A stretch of 64,000 nt of DNA, taken from NCBI GenBank assembly GCA_965208835.1, contig OZ242358.1, positions 2,048,001 through 2,112,000 on the forward strand, written 5' to 3'. The stretch's first letter is position 1; every line of letters begins with the position of its first letter. This document shows, piece by piece, positions 18,791 to 36,036 of the stretch. Both the position numbers and the translations under genes were made by a program. The DNA comes from Candidatus Latescibacterota bacterium. GTDB lineage: Bacteria; Latescibacterota; UBA2968; GCA-2709665. Under the pieces are notes generated by a model. That model had not been told where the DNA came from, did not search any database, and saw only the letters and a list, made by a program, of their open reading frames with translations.

Positions 18791-21700
18791 TTGGCGAAAA
18801 ATGGACGTATAGACAGGAAGTCGTACGGTAAGATCGCTTCAGCCATCGAAATGCCGAATCTTCTGGACATCCAGATCGATTCTTACAACTGGTTCTTGCA
18901 AAAGGATGTACCGCCTGGCGAACGTGGCAAACAGGGCCTCCAGGCGGTTTTCCATAGTATTTTCCCCATCAGCGACGTTCACAGGCTGTTTTCACTCGAG
19001 TTTGTCGATTATTCCATTGGCACGCCCAAATACGACGTGGGTGAATGTCTGGAGCGGGGTACCACTTACGCGGTTCCTCTCCGCGCCACGCTGAGGTTGA
19101 TTTCCCGCGAAAAGCAGGACAACAAGGAGTTTCGGATCAAGGATATCGTGGAGCAGACGGTTTTCCTGGGCGAACTGCCGCTGATGACCGAAGAGGGCAC
19201 GTTCATTGTCAACGGTTCCGAGAGGGTGATCGTAAGCCAGCTTCACAGGTCTCCTGGCGTCTTTTTCGACGAGACCGTTCACCCCAACGGGAAACGGCTC
19301 TATTCCGCGCGGATCATCCCGTACAAGGGCGCGTGGCTGGAGTTCATTCTGGACATAAACGACATCATGTACGTACACATCGACAGGAAGCGGAAGCTTC
19401 CGTTTACCACGTTCCTGCGCGCACTGGGTTTCGGCCGGAATGAAGAGATACTGGGCCTCTTTCACGAGAACACGAAGGCCGGAGTCAACGAGGAACTGGT
19501 CGGCGCGGTGGCGATGGAGGACGTGGTCGACAAGGGAACCGGCGAAGTTATCGTCGAGGCGTACCAGACAGTGACGGAAGAGCATCTGCAGGCGCTGAAG
19601 GATGCACGCGTCAACCGTTTGACCGTACTTGACATGGACGTCGAGAACGATGGAGGCGTGATTGCAAATACCCTGCAGAAGGATCCTTGCGACAACGAAG
19701 AGGAAGCGCTCTCCCGTATCTACAATCTGCTGCGTCCGGGTGATCCGCCGAATCTTGAGACCGCCCGCGGCCTGCTCGAACGCCAGTTCTTCAGCCCCAA
19801 GCGATATCAACTGGGCGAGGTCGGGCGCTACCGCTTGAATCAACGCCTGAATCTCAACATTCCTCTTGAGTTTACCACGCTGTGCATAGAGGATTTTCAC
19901 AGGGTAATTCAATATCTGCTCGTCCTCTTCAAGGGCGAAGGCTATACGGACGATATCGACCACCTGGGCAACCGACGCATCCGGACCGTGGGCGAACTCC
20001 TGTCCTATCACTTCTCAACCGGTCTGGTCAGAATGGCCCGGACGATCAGAGAGCGAATGAGTCTCAGGGACACGGAGCAGATTACGCCACAGGATCTGGT
20101 CAATGCCAGGACGGTATCGACGGTGGTGCAGGCCTTCTTCGGCAGCAGCCAGCTTTCCCAGTTCCTGCAGCAGACTAACCCGCTCGACGAACTGTCCCAC
20201 AAGCGGCGGCTGTCGGCACTGGGGCCCGGCGGTCTCACACGCGACAGGGCCGGGTTCGAGGTTCGCGACGTCCACCATACCCACTACGGGCGTATATGCC
20301 CCATCGAAACGCCTGAAGGTCCCAATATCGGACTCATCGCGAATATTTCCACCTACGCCAAGATCAACGCGCTTGGATTTCTGGAAACTCCCTACCGGGT
20401 TGTAAAAGACGGAAGGGTTACCTCCAGGATCGAATATCTCTCCGCCGACGAGGAAGACAAACACACGATCGCCCAGGCGAACGCATTGCTCGACGCCGAC
20501 GGGCGGTTCCAGGACGCAGCCGTCCAGGCACGGCGGCGAGGCGACTTTCCGCTCGTGGCGCCCTCGGAAGTGGACTATATGGACGTCTCCCCCTGCCAGT
20601 TGGTCAGTACGGCCGCGTCCCTCATTCCGTTTCTGGAACACGACGATGCCAACCGCGCACTGATGGGCTCTAATATGCAACGGCAGGCGGTGCCGCTGCT
20701 CCGGACCGAAGCGCCGTTCGTAGGAACCGGAATGGAACACGCGGTCGCCGTGGATTCCAAGGCGGTAGTAACGGCGAGGAGCCCTGGAACGGTCACCTAT
20801 GTGAGCGCGGACAAGATCGTGGTCAAACGGCGCAAGGGACGGGACGTGGAGATGATCGACCTGTTCGATGAAGATGTCTACCGCTTGATCAAGTTCAAGC
20901 GGTCGAATCAGGATTTCTGTATCAGCCAGAAGCCGCTTGTGCAGGTTGGAGACAGGGTTGAATCAGGCGACCTGCTGGCCGACGGTTGCGCCACGGACCG
21001 CGGCGACCTTGCCCTCGGAGCAAACGTGCTTTGCGCGTTCATGTCGTGGAACGGGTACAACTTCGAAGACGCGATCATCGTGTCCGAGCGACTGCTGAAG
21101 AAGGACATCTTCACTTCGATTTCCATAGAGGAATTCGAGCTTCAGGTGCGGGACACCAAGCGGGGCGTGGAGGAGATAACCCGGGAAATCCCGAATGTCA
21201 GTGAGCAGGCCGTACGCAACCTGGATGAACAGGGTATCGTCAGGGCAGGCGCCGAGGTGACGTCCGGAGACATTCTTGTGGGCAAAGTGACGCCCAAGGG
21301 AGAAACCGAACTCTCGCCCGAAGAACGCCTCCTGCGCGCGATATTCGGCGAGAAGGCCGGAGACGTCAGAGATGCGTCCCTGAAGGCACCTTCCGGAATG
21401 GACGGTGTGGTCATGGACCGGAAGGTTTTTTCACGAAAAGACAGGGAAAAAACCCGGAAGGCGGATAAGGAAAAGACAGAAGAGGTCAAGAAACAGATCC
21501 AGGAAAAAATCAAGTCTATCAAGGACAGCAGGGACGAACAGATGGCGGATGTGCTGCGGGGCAAGAAGCTGAATCTGCTGCGGCATACGGAAGACGGCTC
21601 GGTAGCAGCCCGGTCCGGAAGAGTATTCGACGAGGACTTGGCTGAAAAGCTCGACCTGGACGTCGTACGGCCCGACGAATCCTGGGTCGACGACGCCGCA

Positions 21701-22558
21701 GCCAGCCGGAGAGTCGACCGCATTATCGAGCTGGCCGAGAAGCTGACCCGGGCAGCGGAAGACGAACTGGAGCGGGAACTTGAAAAAATCGCGCGTGGCG
21801 ACGAACTGCCCCCGGGAATCGTACAGCTTGTCAAAGTGTATATCGCACGTAAGCGCAAGCTGATGGTCGGCGACAAGATGGCGGGACGCCACGGCAACAA
21901 GGGGGTCGTTTCGATTATCGTACCGGAGGAGGATATGCCGTACCTTCCCGACGGTACCCCGATCGACATTATCCTTAACCCGCTGGGTGTGCCTTCCCGG
22001 ATGAATCTGGGGCAGATCCTGGAGACCCACCTCGGCTGGGCGGCTCAGGCGCTGGACGTCCATGTCGCCACGCCTGTCTTCGACGGCGCATCCCTTGAGG
22101 ATATCAAGTCTGCGCTGGACCAGGCCAGTCTGCCGGAGTCCGGCAAGACGGTGCTGTACGACGGCAAGACGGGAAAGCCATTCGACAAGGAAGTCATGGT
22201 CGGCTATATATATATGTTGAAACTGTCGCATCTGGTCAGCGACAAGATCCATGCGCGCTCCATCGGACCCTATTCGCTGGTAACCCAACAGCCACTTGGC
22301 GGCAAGGCGCAATTCGGCGGCCAGCGATTCGGAGAGATGGAGGTGTGGGCGCTGGAGGCGTACGGCGCCGCTTATATGCTGCAGGAGATGCTGACGGTCA
22401 AGTCTGATGACGTTGCAGGACGTTCAAAGATCTACGAAGCGATCGTAAAGGGCGAGAATCCACCTGAACCGGGGGTTCCCGAGTCCTTCAACGTGCTGGT
22501 GAAGGAATTGCAGAGCCTCTGTCTGGACGTGGTCCTGGAGAACGGTCAGGGCGGGTAG
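18791..22558 (+). CDS. rpoB: RNA polymerase beta subunit
   Basis: [40 protein letters not shown]; start TTG 18791 or GTG 18782. Confidence 0.98.
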   Translation: MAKNGRIDRKSYGKIASAIEMPNLLDIQIDSYNWFLQKDVPPGERGKQGLQAVFHSIFPISDVHRLFSLEFVDYSIGTPKYDVGECLERGTTYAVPLRATLRLISREKQDNKEFRIKDIVEQTVFLGELPLMTEEGTFIVNGSERVIVSQLHRSPGVFFDETVHPNGKRLYSARIIPYKGAWLEFILDINDIMYVHIDRKRKLPFTTFLRALGFGRNEEILGLFHENTKAGVNEELVGAVAMEDVVDKGTGEVIVEAYQTVTEEHLQALKDARVNRLTVLDMDVENDGGVIANTLQKDPCDNEEEALSRIYNLLRPGDPPNLETARGLLERQFFSPKRYQLGEVGRYRLNQRLNLNIPLEFTTLCIEDFHRVIQYLLVLFKGEGYTDDIDHLGNRRIRTVGELLSYHFSTGLVRMARTIRERMSLRDTEQITPQDLVNARTVSTVVQAFFGSSQLSQFLQQTNPLDELSHKRRLSALGPGGLTRDRAGFEVRDVHHTHYGRICPIETPEGPNIGLIANISTYAKINALGFLETPYRVVKDGRVTSRIEYLSADEEDKHTIAQANALLDADGRFQDAAVQARRRGDFPLVAPSEVDYMDVSPCQLVSTAASLIPFLEHDDANRALMGSNMQRQAVPLLRTEAPFVGTGMEHAVAVDSKAVVTARSPGTVTYVSADKIVVKRRKGRDVEMIDLFDEDVYRLIKFKRSNQDFCISQKPLVQVGDRVESGDLLADGCATDRGDLALGANVLCAFMSWNGYNFEDAIIVSERLLKKDIFTSISIEEFELQVRDTKRGVEEITREIPNVSEQAVRNLDEQGIVRAGAEVTSGDILVGKVTPKGETELSPEERLLRAIFGEKAGDVRDASLKAPSGMDGVVMDRKVFSRKDREKTRKADKEKTEEVKKQIQEKIKSIKDSRDEQMADVLRGKKLNLLRHTEDGSVAARSGRVFDEDLAEKLDLDVVRPDESWVDDAAASRRVDRIIELAEKLTRAAEDELERELEKIARGDELPPGIVQLVKVYIARKRKLMVGDKMAGRHGNKGVVSIIVPEEDMPYLPDGTPIDIILNPLGVPSRMNLGQILETHLGWAAQALDVHVATPVFDGASLEDIKSALDQASLPESGKTVLYDGKTGKPFDKEVMVGYIYMLKLSHLVSDKIHARSIGPYSLVTQQPLGGKAQFGGQRFGEMEVWALEAYGAAYMLQEMLTVKSDDVAGRSKIYEAIVKGENPPEPGVPESFNVLVKELQSLCLDVVLENGQGG

Positions 22559-22617
22559 GAACTGATAGCGGGGTCATCTTTTCTTTTGATTTCGATCGCA
22601 AAAAGGGGGTAAGGCCC

Positions 22618-26714
<4,097 letters not shown>

Positions 26715-26718
<4 letters not shown>

Positions 26719-26743
26719 CAAGTAAGACACAAAATGTTATAAT
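26715..26743 (+). promoter_or_regulatory. Consensus sigma70 promoter for the str operon
   Basis: TTGACA N17 TATAAT with extended -10 TG; the -35 overlaps the rpoC TGA stop. Confidence 0.85.
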
Positions 26744-26840
26744 GAAAGTCTATGGCCGAATTTGCCCGGCTCCGCCGGGATCTGGCTGTGCGACGGATTC
26801 GGTCGCGTCGGACTTGATGTGAACGACACAGGAGGTTGAA

Positions 26841-27212
26841 TTGCCCACCATTAATCAGTTGGTGCGCAAGGGGAGAAAGCTGAAGGCGAAGCGGTCATCC
26901 GCCCCGGCATTACGGGGATGCCCGCAAAAGCGGGGCGTCTGCACGCGCGTCTATACAACAACCCCGAAAAAACCCAACTCCGCCCTGCGGAAGGTAGCCC
27001 GCGTCCGCCTTACAAACGGGATGGAGGTCACGGCTTACATCCCGGGCGAGGGACACAATCTCATGGAACACTCCGTGGTGCTCATTCGGGGTGGTCGGGT
27101 ACGGGATCTGCCTTCGGTCCGGTACCACATCATCCGCGGTGTTCTGGACACGACCGGTGTCGCCGACCGAAAACAGGGTCGGTCCAAGTACGGTGCCAAA
27201 ACGCCTCAATAG
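26841..27212 (+). CDS. rpsL: 30S ribosomal protein S12
   Basis: [18 protein letters not shown]; TTG start after AGGAGG. Confidence 0.98.
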   Translation: MPTINQLVRKGRKLKAKRSSAPALRGCPQKRGVCTRVYTTTPKKPNSALRKVARVRLTNGMEVTAYIPGEGHNLMEHSVVLIRGGRVRDLPSVRYHIIRGVLDTTGVADRKQGRSKYGAKTPQ

Positions 27213-27301
27213 GACTTACGGACGATATGTAGAGGATTTGTATCGGGGGATAACGCTGGCGCAGGTAGCAGACGGTGTGTCCCCCTTGTTTTGAGGGTAT
27301 C

Positions 27302-27769
27302 ATGAGAAAAAGGCGGGCGGAGAAAAGAGCGTTTTCACCCGATCCCAAATACGGCAGCGTTCTCGTGACGCAGTTCGTCAACAGCCTTTTTCGGAAGGGC
27401 AAGAAAAGCATAGGCGAAAAAATCCTGTACCGCGCGCTCGACCTGATTGCCGAACGCACGGAGAAGACAGGGTTGGCGGTATTCGAACAGGCGGTCGAAA
27501 ACGCCAAACCGATCATACAGGTAAAGTCTCGACGTGTGGGTGGAACGACCTACCAGGTTCCGGTCGAAGTGCGGTCGGATGAGCGGCTTTCCCTCTCGAT
27601 CGGCTGGTTGATTACATTCGCTCGAGGTCGTGGCGAGAAAACCATGTCCCAGCGGTTGGCGGGTGAATTGATGGACGCGGCCAACGGCCGGGGTCGGGCA
27701 ATGCAGCGCAGAGAAGAAACTCACCGGATGGCCGAGGCCAATCGGGCGTTCGCACACTATCGGTGGTAA
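27302..27769 (+). CDS. rpsG: 30S ribosomal protein S7
   Basis: [31 protein letters not shown]. Confidence 0.98.
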   Translation: MRKRRAEKRAFSPDPKYGSVLVTQFVNSLFRKGKKSIGEKILYRALDLIAERTEKTGLAVFEQAVENAKPIIQVKSRRVGGTTYQVPVEVRSDERLSLSIGWLITFARGRGEKTMSQRLAGELMDAANGRGRAMQRREETHRMAEANRAFAHYRW

Positions 27770-27773
27770 GGAA

Positions 27774-29843
27774 ATGTCGCGGCGAGAACAACTGGAACGG
27801 ATCCGGAACATTGGCATCATGGCCCATATCGATGCGGGTAAGACCACAACGAGCGAGCGGATTCTGTACTATACGGGACGGCTTCATCGCATGGGCGAAG
27901 TGCACGATGGCGCTGCCACGATGGATTGGATGGACCAGGAGCGCGAGCGGGGCATTACCATCACTTCGGCGGCCACTACCTGTTTCTGGGACGGACATCG
28001 GATCAATATCATCGATACGCCCGGACACGTGGATTTTACGGCCGAGGTTGAGCGGTCACTCAGGGTTCTGGACGGAGTTATCGGGATCTTCTGTGCCGTA
28101 GGCGGAGTGGAACCCCAGACGGAAACGGTGTGGCGTCAGGCCGATAAGTACGGGGTGCCGCGGATTGCCTTCGTCAACAAGATGGACCGCACGGGCGCGG
28201 ATTTCTTCCGGGTACTTGAAATGATGAAGAAGCGCCTGGCGTCGAATTTCGTTCCGGTCCAGATTCCCGTTGGTGCGGGCGAGTTGTTTACCGGATTGAT
28301 CGATCTGGTGAAAATGAAACTGGTTTCCTATCAGGAAGACTCGTTGGGTACGGTTTTTACTGAAAGCGAAATTCCACCGGATCTGCTCGACCGGGCACAG
28401 ACCTACCGCGAGCAGATGCTTGAGGCGGTTTCCGATTTCGACGATTCACTGATGGAGAAATTTCTCGAAGGCGAGCACATCGCCGAAGAAGAGATCAAAC
28501 AGGCGCTTCGCCTGGCTGCCATAAACGTCCATGCCGTGCCGGTCTTCTGCGGATCCGCCTTCAAGAACAAAGGCGTCCAGCGATTGCTCGACGGCGTCCG
28601 GGACTACCTTCCATCGCCGCTGGACGTTCCGCCGGTTAAAGGCACCGATCCGGACACCGGAGCGGACGTAACCCGGGCGTCATCTCACGACGAACCCTTC
28701 TCGGCGCTTGCATTCAAGGTGAAGACCGATCCTTATGTGGGGCATCTGACCTATTTCAGGGTCTATTCGGGCTGTTTGACAACCGGTTCGTACGTGAGGA
28801 ATTCCAACAAGGGGAAGCGCGAGCGAATCGGCCGGGTACTGCAGATGCACGCCAACAAACGCGAAGATATCGACGAAGTCGTATCAGGAGATATTGCGGC
28901 CGCCGTGGGGCTGAAAGCCACAGCAACCGGGGAGACGCTCTGCGACCCTGACGATCCGGTTATTCTGGAATCGATGGACTTCGCGAAACCGGTTGTGTCC
29001 GTTGCCATTGAGCCCAGAACCAAGGCGGACCAGGATCAACTGGGGACCGCGCTCAGGAAGTTGTCCGAAGAGGATCCTACGTTCCACGTTTCCTCCGACG
29101 AAGACACCGGACAGACGATTATTTCGGGCATGGGCGAATTGCATCTCGAAATCATCGTCGACCGCCTGATGCGGGAATTCCGCGTGGCGGCGAACGTGGG
29201 CAAACCCCAGGTGACCTTCAAGGAGGCGATACGTAAGACTGTACAGGTGGAGGGTCGTTTCGTCCGGCAGACGGGCGGCCGGGGGCAGTGGGGGCATGTC
29301 CGGCTGGAGATGGGGCCGGGCGAACCGGGAAGCGGCCTCGTATTTGAAAACAAGATCGTGGGCGGAGCCGTGCCGACCGAATATATCCCCGCGGTCAGGC
29401 AGGGTGTTCAGGAGGCCATGCAGTCGGGCGTATTGGCCGGATATCCAGTGGAAGACGTCAAGGTCACGCTGTACGACGGATCGTACCACGACGTCGATTC
29501 TTCAGAGCTGGCGTTCAAAGTAGCCGCATCCATGGCCTTCAAGGACGGCGCCAGAAAGGCAGATCCGTACCTGATGGAACCCCTGATGGACGTCGAAGTC
29601 GTCGTACCGGAAGAATATATGGGCGATGTGATGGGCGATATGAACGCCCGTCGCGGGCACATCGTGGGTATTGTGAACCGGCCGGATGCCCAGGTGATAA
29701 CGGCAATGGTACCCTTAACTGAAATGTTCGGCTATGCCACGCGGCTGCGTTCCCTGACACAGGGTCGTGCGATCTATTCAATGGAGTTTTCGAGGTTTCA
29801 GGAGCTACCCAGGGCGCTCGCACAAGAACTCACCGAAAACTAG
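27774..29843 (+). CDS. fusA: Elongation factor G
   Basis: [31 protein letters not shown]. Confidence 0.98.
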   Translation: MSRREQLERIRNIGIMAHIDAGKTTTSERILYYTGRLHRMGEVHDGAATMDWMDQERERGITITSAATTCFWDGHRINIIDTPGHVDFTAEVERSLRVLDGVIGIFCAVGGVEPQTETVWRQADKYGVPRIAFVNKMDRTGADFFRVLEMMKKRLASNFVPVQIPVGAGELFTGLIDLVKMKLVSYQEDSLGTVFTESEIPPDLLDRAQTYREQMLEAVSDFDDSLMEKFLEGEHIAEEEIKQALRLAAINVHAVPVFCGSAFKNKGVQRLLDGVRDYLPSPLDVPPVKGTDPDTGADVTRASSHDEPFSALAFKVKTDPYVGHLTYFRVYSGCLTTGSYVRNSNKGKRERIGRVLQMHANKREDIDEVVSGDIAAAVGLKATATGETLCDPDDPVILESMDFAKPVVSVAIEPRTKADQDQLGTALRKLSEEDPTFHVSSDEDTGQTIISGMGELHLEIIVDRLMREFRVAANVGKPQVTFKEAIRKTVQVEGRFVRQTGGRGQWGHVRLEMGPGEPGSGLVFENKIVGGAVPTEYIPAVRQGVQEAMQSGVLAGYPVEDVKVTLYDGSYHDVDSSELAFKVAASMAFKDGARKADPYLMEPLMDVEVVVPEEYMGDVMGDMNARRGHIVGIVNRPDAQVITAMVPLTEMFGYATRLRSLTQGRAIYSMEFSRFQELPRALAQELTEN

Positions 29844-29937
29844 CGATCCGGAGATACGTTGCTTTTCACACAGCGGGCGACTGCGATTGCAAAACAAATA
29901 GACGTTCGCGACGTCTATTGAACAGGAGGAAGGCGAA

Positions 29938-31134
<1,197 letters not shown>

Positions 31135-31147
31135 GACGGAGGAGGCA

Positions 31148-31456
31148 GTGCCGGCACAGAAGATTCGTATTCGATTGAAGGCATACGACCACTTCGCCCT
31201 CGATCGGTCCGTCGACGAAATCGTGCGGACTGCAAAACGGACCGGGGCGTTGATTTCGGGCCCCATCCCTTTGCCTACCAAGCGTTCGTTGTATACGGTG
31301 CTTCGGGGCCCCAATATCGACAAGAAATCCCGTGAGCAGTTCGAGACCCGGGTCCATAAACGTTTGATCGATATTCACAACTCGACGCCGCAGACGGTAG
31401 ATGCCCTGATGAAATTGGATCTGCCGGCCGGGATCGACATCGAAATCAAGGCTTAG
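31148..31456 (+). CDS. rpsJ: 30S ribosomal protein S10
   Basis: [25 protein letters not shown]; GTG start after GGAGG. Confidence 0.97.
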   Translation: MPAQKIRIRLKAYDHFALDRSVDEIVRTAKRTGALISGPIPLPTKRSLYTVLRGPNIDKKSREQFETRVHKRLIDIHNSTPQTVDALMKLDLPAGIDIEIKA

Positions 31457-31460
31457 TGCC

Positions 31461-32087
31461 GTGTTGGGATTGATCGGAAAAAAAGTCGGGATGACCCAGG
31501 CTTACGACCAGGACGACAACCTCGTCCCCATTACCGTGGTTCAGGCGGGGCCCTGCCCCGTTGTACAGGTCAAGGACGATGTGTCGGATGGCTATCGCGC
31601 GCTGAAACTCGGCTTCGGCGCCACGTCGGAGCGGCGGTTGACACGTCCGCATCTTGGCGTTCTGAAAAAGTCCGGCGCCGGCCCGCATCGCATCCTGAAG
31701 GAGTTTCGGGTAGCCGAAACCTCGGAGTACGAGGTCGGCCAGGTCATCGATTCCGGCATATTTGTTCCGGGTGAATACGTCTCGGTTACGGGGCGTACCA
31801 AAGGAAAGGGATTTCAGGGCGGGGTCAAGAGGCACCATTTCAAGGGCGGCCCCAAAACCCACGGACAGTCCGACCGGCATCGGGCGCCTGGTTCAATCGG
31901 TCAGAGTTCCGATCCTTCCCGTGTGTTCAAAGGGATGCGGATGGCCGGTCATATGGGTCATCGACAGGAGACCGTGAAAGGGCTGATGGTCGTCCGTGTG
32001 GATAAAGAACGCAACCTGTTGCTGCTCAAGGGAGCGGTACCGGGCCCCAATGGCGGCATCGTAAGGGTGCAGAAACAGCGCAACTAA
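31461..32087 (+). CDS. rplC: 50S ribosomal protein L3
   Basis: GKKVGMTQ, KGKGFQG, RAPGSIG, MAGHMG. Confidence 0.97.
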   Translation: MLGLIGKKVGMTQAYDQDDNLVPITVVQAGPCPVVQVKDDVSDGYRALKLGFGATSERRLTRPHLGVLKKSGAGPHRILKEFRVAETSEYEVGQVIDSGIFVPGEYVSVTGRTKGKGFQGGVKRHHFKGGPKTHGQSDRHRAPGSIGQSSDPSRVFKGMRMAGHMGHRQETVKGLMVVRVDKERNLLLLKGAVPGPNGGIVRVQKQRN

Positions 32088-32104
32088 TAGGAACCGAATG
32101 CGTT

Positions 32105-32737
32105 ATGGCGTCAGTTGAGTTAACAGACCTCCGGGGCGAGGTCGTTGGATCCGTCGACCTACCTGAGACGATCTTCGAAATTGAACCGTCTCACAATGCC
32201 ATCTACCATACGGTAAAATCGTATATGATGAACCAGCGTCAGGGCAACGCCCATTCCAAGACGCGGGCTGAAATCCGGCGCAGCAAACGGAAGATGTATC
32301 GACAAAAAGGTACAGGAAGATCGAGAGCCGGCAGCGCATCGTCTCCGATCCGTGTTGGAGGCGGAGTTGCTCACGGCCCCAGGCCTCGAGAGTTGAGCGA
32401 ACGCGTGTCAAAAAAGGTACGACGACTTGCATTGAAATCGGCACTTTCCCTTAAGGTCCCCGACGGCGCGATCAAAGTGGTGGAAGACTTCACGTTCGAA
32501 GCTCCCAAAACGAGACGTGTGGCGGAACTGACGCGAGCCATCGAGGTCGACGACCGCAAGGTTCTGCTTCTCACGCCGGAAGCCGCTCCTCACGTCCTGA
32601 AGTCATGCCGGAATCTGTCCGGCGTCCAGGTTCTGCCGGTAGCCCAGGTCTCAACGTACGACGTCGTCAACGCCGATGCGGTCGTCTTCACACAGGAATC
32701 CCTTGGAAGGCTTCAGGCTATCTGGGGGTCGACGTGA
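32105..32737 (+). CDS. rplD: 50S ribosomal protein L4
   Basis: RQG, KTRAE, RQKGTGR, GGGVAHGPRPR. Confidence 0.97.
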   Translation: MASVELTDLRGEVVGSVDLPETIFEIEPSHNAIYHTVKSYMMNQRQGNAHSKTRAEIRRSKRKMYRQKGTGRSRAGSASSPIRVGGGVAHGPRPRELSERVSKKVRRLALKSALSLKVPDGAIKVVEDFTFEAPKTRRVAELTRAIEVDDRKVLLLTPEAAPHVLKSCRNLSGVQVLPVAQVSTYDVVNADAVVFTQESLGRLQAIWGST

Positions 32738-33027
32738 AAAGAGACATCAGAGATATTATCCGCAGGCCGCTGATCACCGAACGGGCATCCGAACTCCAGG
32801 AAGATCACAACAAGTTCGTCTTTGAAGTTCAGGTCGATGCCAACAAGCTGGAAATCAAGAAGGCCGCTGAATCGTTGTTTGACGTTAAAGTGCTCAACGT
32901 CAATACGTCGGCAGTCGCCGGAAAGCTGAAGAGAATGGGGCGGTTTCAGGGCCGCCGTGCAAGCTGGAAAAAGGCGATTGTCACCCTCGCGCCCGGCGAC
33001 ACCATTGACTTTTTCGGAGAGTCCTGA
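32734..33027 (+). CDS. rplW: 50S ribosomal protein L23
   Basis: PLITE, ANKLEIK, WKKAIVTL; GTG start overlapping the rplD stop. Confidence 0.95.
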   Translation: MKRDIRDIIRRPLITERASELQEDHNKFVFEVQVDANKLEIKKAAESLFDVKVLNVNTSAVAGKLKRMGRFQGRRASWKKAIVTLAPGDTIDFFGES

Positions 33028-33030
33028 TCG

Positions 33031-33861
33031 ATGCCGGTTAAATCGTTCCGACCGTTCACACCGTCGCTGCGGTTCAAGACCGTTTCCTCCTTTGATGAGA
33101 TTACCCGGTCTCAACCCGAGAAATCGCTTGTTGAGGCGAACCGGAAGAGCGGTGGACGAAACAACATGGGCCGCATCACGAGCCGGCGTCGCGGCGGAGG
33201 ACATCGCCGGCACTACAGGGTTATTGACTTCAGACGCAATAAACCCGGTGTACCGGCAAATGTTAATTCAATAGAGTACGATCCGAATCGCTCCGCCAGA
33301 ATTGCGCTTCTCCACTATGCAGACGGCGAGAAACGTTATATTCTCGCACCTTCGGGCCTGAGGGTTGGCGCTCAGGTGGAGTCCGGCCCCGACGCCGACG
33401 TACGGCCCGGAAACGCACTGCCTCTGGAGAAGATCCCGCAGGGAACGCATGTGCACAATGTCGAATTGCAGCCCGGCAAGGGCGGACAACTGGGTCGTTC
33501 GGCCGGCGCCGAAATCCAGATCATGGCCAAGGAAGGCAAGTTCGCTCAACTCCGCCTGCCTTCCGGCGAGGTCCGCCTGGTACCGGTAACCTGCTATGCC
33601 ACGGTCGGCCAAGTGGGGAATCAGGAACACGAAAACGTCGTTTTGGGTAAAGCGGGTCGCAACAGGTGGCTCGGAAAGCGCCCGTCCGTGAGGGGAGTGG
33701 CGATGAATCCCATCGATCACCCGCACGGGGGCGGGGAAGGACGCGCTTCGGGCGGCGGACATCCGGTAACGCCTTGGGGCGTGCCCACGAAGGGATACAA
33801 GACGAGAAAACGCAAGAAACAGTCCAACAAACTGATCGTGAGAAGGCAACGAAAGAGATAG
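33031..33861 (+). CDS. rplB: 50S ribosomal protein L2
   Basis: [29 protein letters not shown]. Confidence 0.98.
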   Translation: MPVKSFRPFTPSLRFKTVSSFDEITRSQPEKSLVEANRKSGGRNNMGRITSRRRGGGHRRHYRVIDFRRNKPGVPANVNSIEYDPNRSARIALLHYADGEKRYILAPSGLRVGAQVESGPDADVRPGNALPLEKIPQGTHVHNVELQPGKGGQLGRSAGAEIQIMAKEGKFAQLRLPSGEVRLVPVTCYATVGQVGNQEHENVVLGKAGRNRWLGKRPSVRGVAMNPIDHPHGGGEGRASGGGHPVTPWGVPTKGYKTRKRKKQSNKLIVRRQRKR

Positions 33862-33937
33862 CAGTCCGTTTATAAAGTCGCTCTGCAGGCGAGGGCGAGA
33901 GCCGGCCGCAGTTCGGAACGGCTCTTTCAACGGGCTG
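33862..33937 (-). mobile_element. MITE-like element family A, internally deleted copy A4 (76 bp)
   Basis: CAGTCCGTTTATAAAGTCGCTCTGCAGGCGAGG...CTTTCAACGGGCTG is the reverse complement of both family A ends; starts right after the rplB TAG. Confidence 0.8.
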
Positions 33938-33958
33938 ACAAGCCCCAGCGAGGATTGA

Positions 33959-34246
33959 ATGGCACGGTCGCTGAAAAAAGGACCCTTCGTGGATCCGGGT
34001 CTTCAGGCGAAGATCGAGGGGATGAACAAATCGGGCAATAAGCGCGTGATTCAGACGTGGGCACGTCGTTCGACCATTTCACCCGAGTTCGTCGGTCATA
34101 CGCTGGCTGTGCACAATGGGAACAAGTTCATTCCCGTGTACATCACGGAGAATATGGTGGGTCACAAGCTGGGTGAGTTCGCCCCCACGCGCACTTTTCG
34201 GGGGCACACGGGAAGCCTCACCGAGCGTTCGACGGGGCTGAAATAG
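33959..34246 (+). CDS. rpsS: 30S ribosomal protein S19
   Basis: [25 protein letters not shown]. Confidence 0.98.
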   Translation: MARSLKKGPFVDPGLQAKIEGMNKSGNKRVIQTWARRSTISPEFVGHTLAVHNGNKFIPVYITENMVGHKLGEFAPTRTFRGHTGSLTERSTGLK

Positions 34247-34322
34247 CTTCGGCAGGCTTTCGCGCCGGTTGTCCCCGTCATTCCTGCCGGCGGGGCGGCT
34301 GTTTTATCAGGGGAGAATTTCA

Positions 34323-34664
34323 ATGACGGCCAGGGCCGTATCCAGATACGTCAGGATTTCACCCCGAAAAGCACGACAGGTCGTCGATCTTGTTCGCGGC
34401 AAAGGGGTTGAAGAGGCGTTTCACATTCTTCAGTTTACACCCAAGAAGGCCGCCCGACTTGTAGAGCGCACACTCCGGTCCGCAGTGGCCAACGCCGCCA
34501 ATAGCGAAGCTTCTACGGTCAGGGAAGAAGACCTTTACGTACAGGAGGCGTTCGTGAACGGCGCCATCGCCATGCGTCGGGTCCGCCCAATGCCGAGAGG
34601 CGCGGCCGGGTTTATCCGAAAACGCTGCAGCCATATCACGCTGGTCGTGTCGGACGTCGATTAG
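34323..34664 (+). CDS. rplV: 50S ribosomal protein L22
   Basis: RISPRKAR, SAVANA, SHITLVV. Confidence 0.96.
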   Translation: MTARAVSRYVRISPRKARQVVDLVRGKGVEEAFHILQFTPKKAARLVERTLRSAVANAANSEASTVREEDLYVQEAFVNGAIAMRRVRPMPRGAAGFIRKRCSHITLVVSDVD

Positions 34665-34682
34665 CCGTCGGGAGGGTTTCTT

Positions 34683-35339
34683 TTGGGCCAGAAAACACAT
34701 CCAACAGGGTTCCGTCTGGGCATCGTGAAGGACTGGCGATCCCGCTGGTTTGCCGGAAGGGATTTTGCCGAACTGCTCAAGGAAGACTTGATGTTGCGGC
34801 GCTACATCCAGAGCAGGCTGCAACGGGCAAGCGTGTCTCAAATCGAGATAGAGCGCGCGCCGAAACGGGTAACTATTTCGGTGCATACCGCGCGCCCGGG
34901 AATCGTAATCGGCCGTAAAGGGCAAGAGGTCGACAAGCTCAGAGACGAGCTGAAACACATCACCGGGAAAGAGATCTACATAAATATTCAGGAAATCAAG
35001 CGGCCGGAACTGAATGCGCAGCTGGTTGCCGACAATATCGCACGCCAGCTGGAGCAGCGCGTATCGTTTCGCCGGGCGATGAAAAAGGCGATCGCTTCGG
35101 CGATGCGTATGGGCGCAGACGGAATCAAGATTGTATGCGGAGGGCGCTTGGGCGGTGCGGAAATGGCGCGGATCGAAAAGTCGGAACCCGCCGGCAGAGT
35201 GCCGTTGCATACGCTCCGCGCCGACATCGACTACGCAACCTCGACGGCCTTTACAACCTCGGGCACGGTGGGGGTCAAGGTCTGGGTGTGTCACGGCGAG
35301 GTCGTGGAACGCCGAGCACCGGGCGGGCCTGCGCAATAA
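34683..35339 (+). CDS. rpsC: 30S ribosomal protein S3
   Basis: [36 protein letters not shown]. Confidence 0.98.
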   Translation: MGQKTHPTGFRLGIVKDWRSRWFAGRDFAELLKEDLMLRRYIQSRLQRASVSQIEIERAPKRVTISVHTARPGIVIGRKGQEVDKLRDELKHITGKEIYINIQEIKRPELNAQLVADNIARQLEQRVSFRRAMKKAIASAMRMGADGIKIVCGGRLGGAEMARIEKSEPAGRVPLHTLRADIDYATSTAFTTSGTVGVKVWVCHGEVVERRAPGGPAQ

Positions 35340-35371
35340 TTGGCAATGAGGATCTGTAAGGATCAGACTCC

Positions 35372-35791
35372 ATGTTAATGCCGAAAAGGGTCAAGTGGCG
35401 AAAGCAGCAGCGTGGGCGTATGCGCGGCATGGCGCATCGGGGGAGCAGGATTGCTTTCGGGGAATTCGCGCTCCAGGCACTGGAACCCGGCTGGATCACC
35501 AGCCGGCAGATCGAGGCGGCGCGTGTGGCGATCACCCGCGCACTCGGGCGCGGAGGGAAAGTCTGGATTCGGCTGTTTCCCGACAAACCGGTCACCATCA
35601 AGCCCGCCGAGACCCGAATGGGCAAGGGCAAAGGGAATCCCGAATACTGGGTGGCGGTTGTAAAGCCGGGGCGCATCATGTTCGAAATCGACGGAGTTGA
35701 GCGGGAGAGCGCCCGGGAAGCTATGCGCAAGGCCGGCCACAAGATGCCCATAAAGACCCGGTTTATCGAACGGGGAGACACCGAGGAATGA
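35372..35791 (+). CDS. rplP: 50S ribosomal protein L16
   Basis: [24 protein letters not shown]. Confidence 0.98.
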   Translation: MLMPKRVKWRKQQRGRMRGMAHRGSRIAFGEFALQALEPGWITSRQIEAARVAITRALGRGGKVWIRLFPDKPVTIKPAETRMGKGKGNPEYWVAVVKPGRIMFEIDGVERESAREAMRKAGHKMPIKTRFIERGDTEE

Positions 35792-36033
35792 AAGCCAGCG
35801 AGATTCGTCAGATGACGCAGGGCGAGGTCGATGAGTTGCTTGGCGACAGACTCGAGGAGTTGTCAAACCTGAGAATTCAGCTTGTCACACAGCAGCTGGA
35901 CAATCCACTCCGGGTGAAGTCGGTCCGGAGGGACATCGCCCGAATCAGAACGGTACTGAAGGAGCGCGCACTGGAGCTGAACGCCTCCAGCGGTGCGGCC
36001 GGTACCGAATCCACCGGATCGGAAGGAAACTAG
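35788..36033 (+). CDS. rpmC: 50S ribosomal protein L29
   Basis: [21 protein letters not shown]. Confidence 0.95.
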   Translation: MKASEIRQMTQGEVDELLGDRLEELSNLRIQLVTQQLDNPLRVKSVRRDIARIRTVLKERALELNASSGAAGTESTGSEGN

Positions 36034-36036
36034 ACT

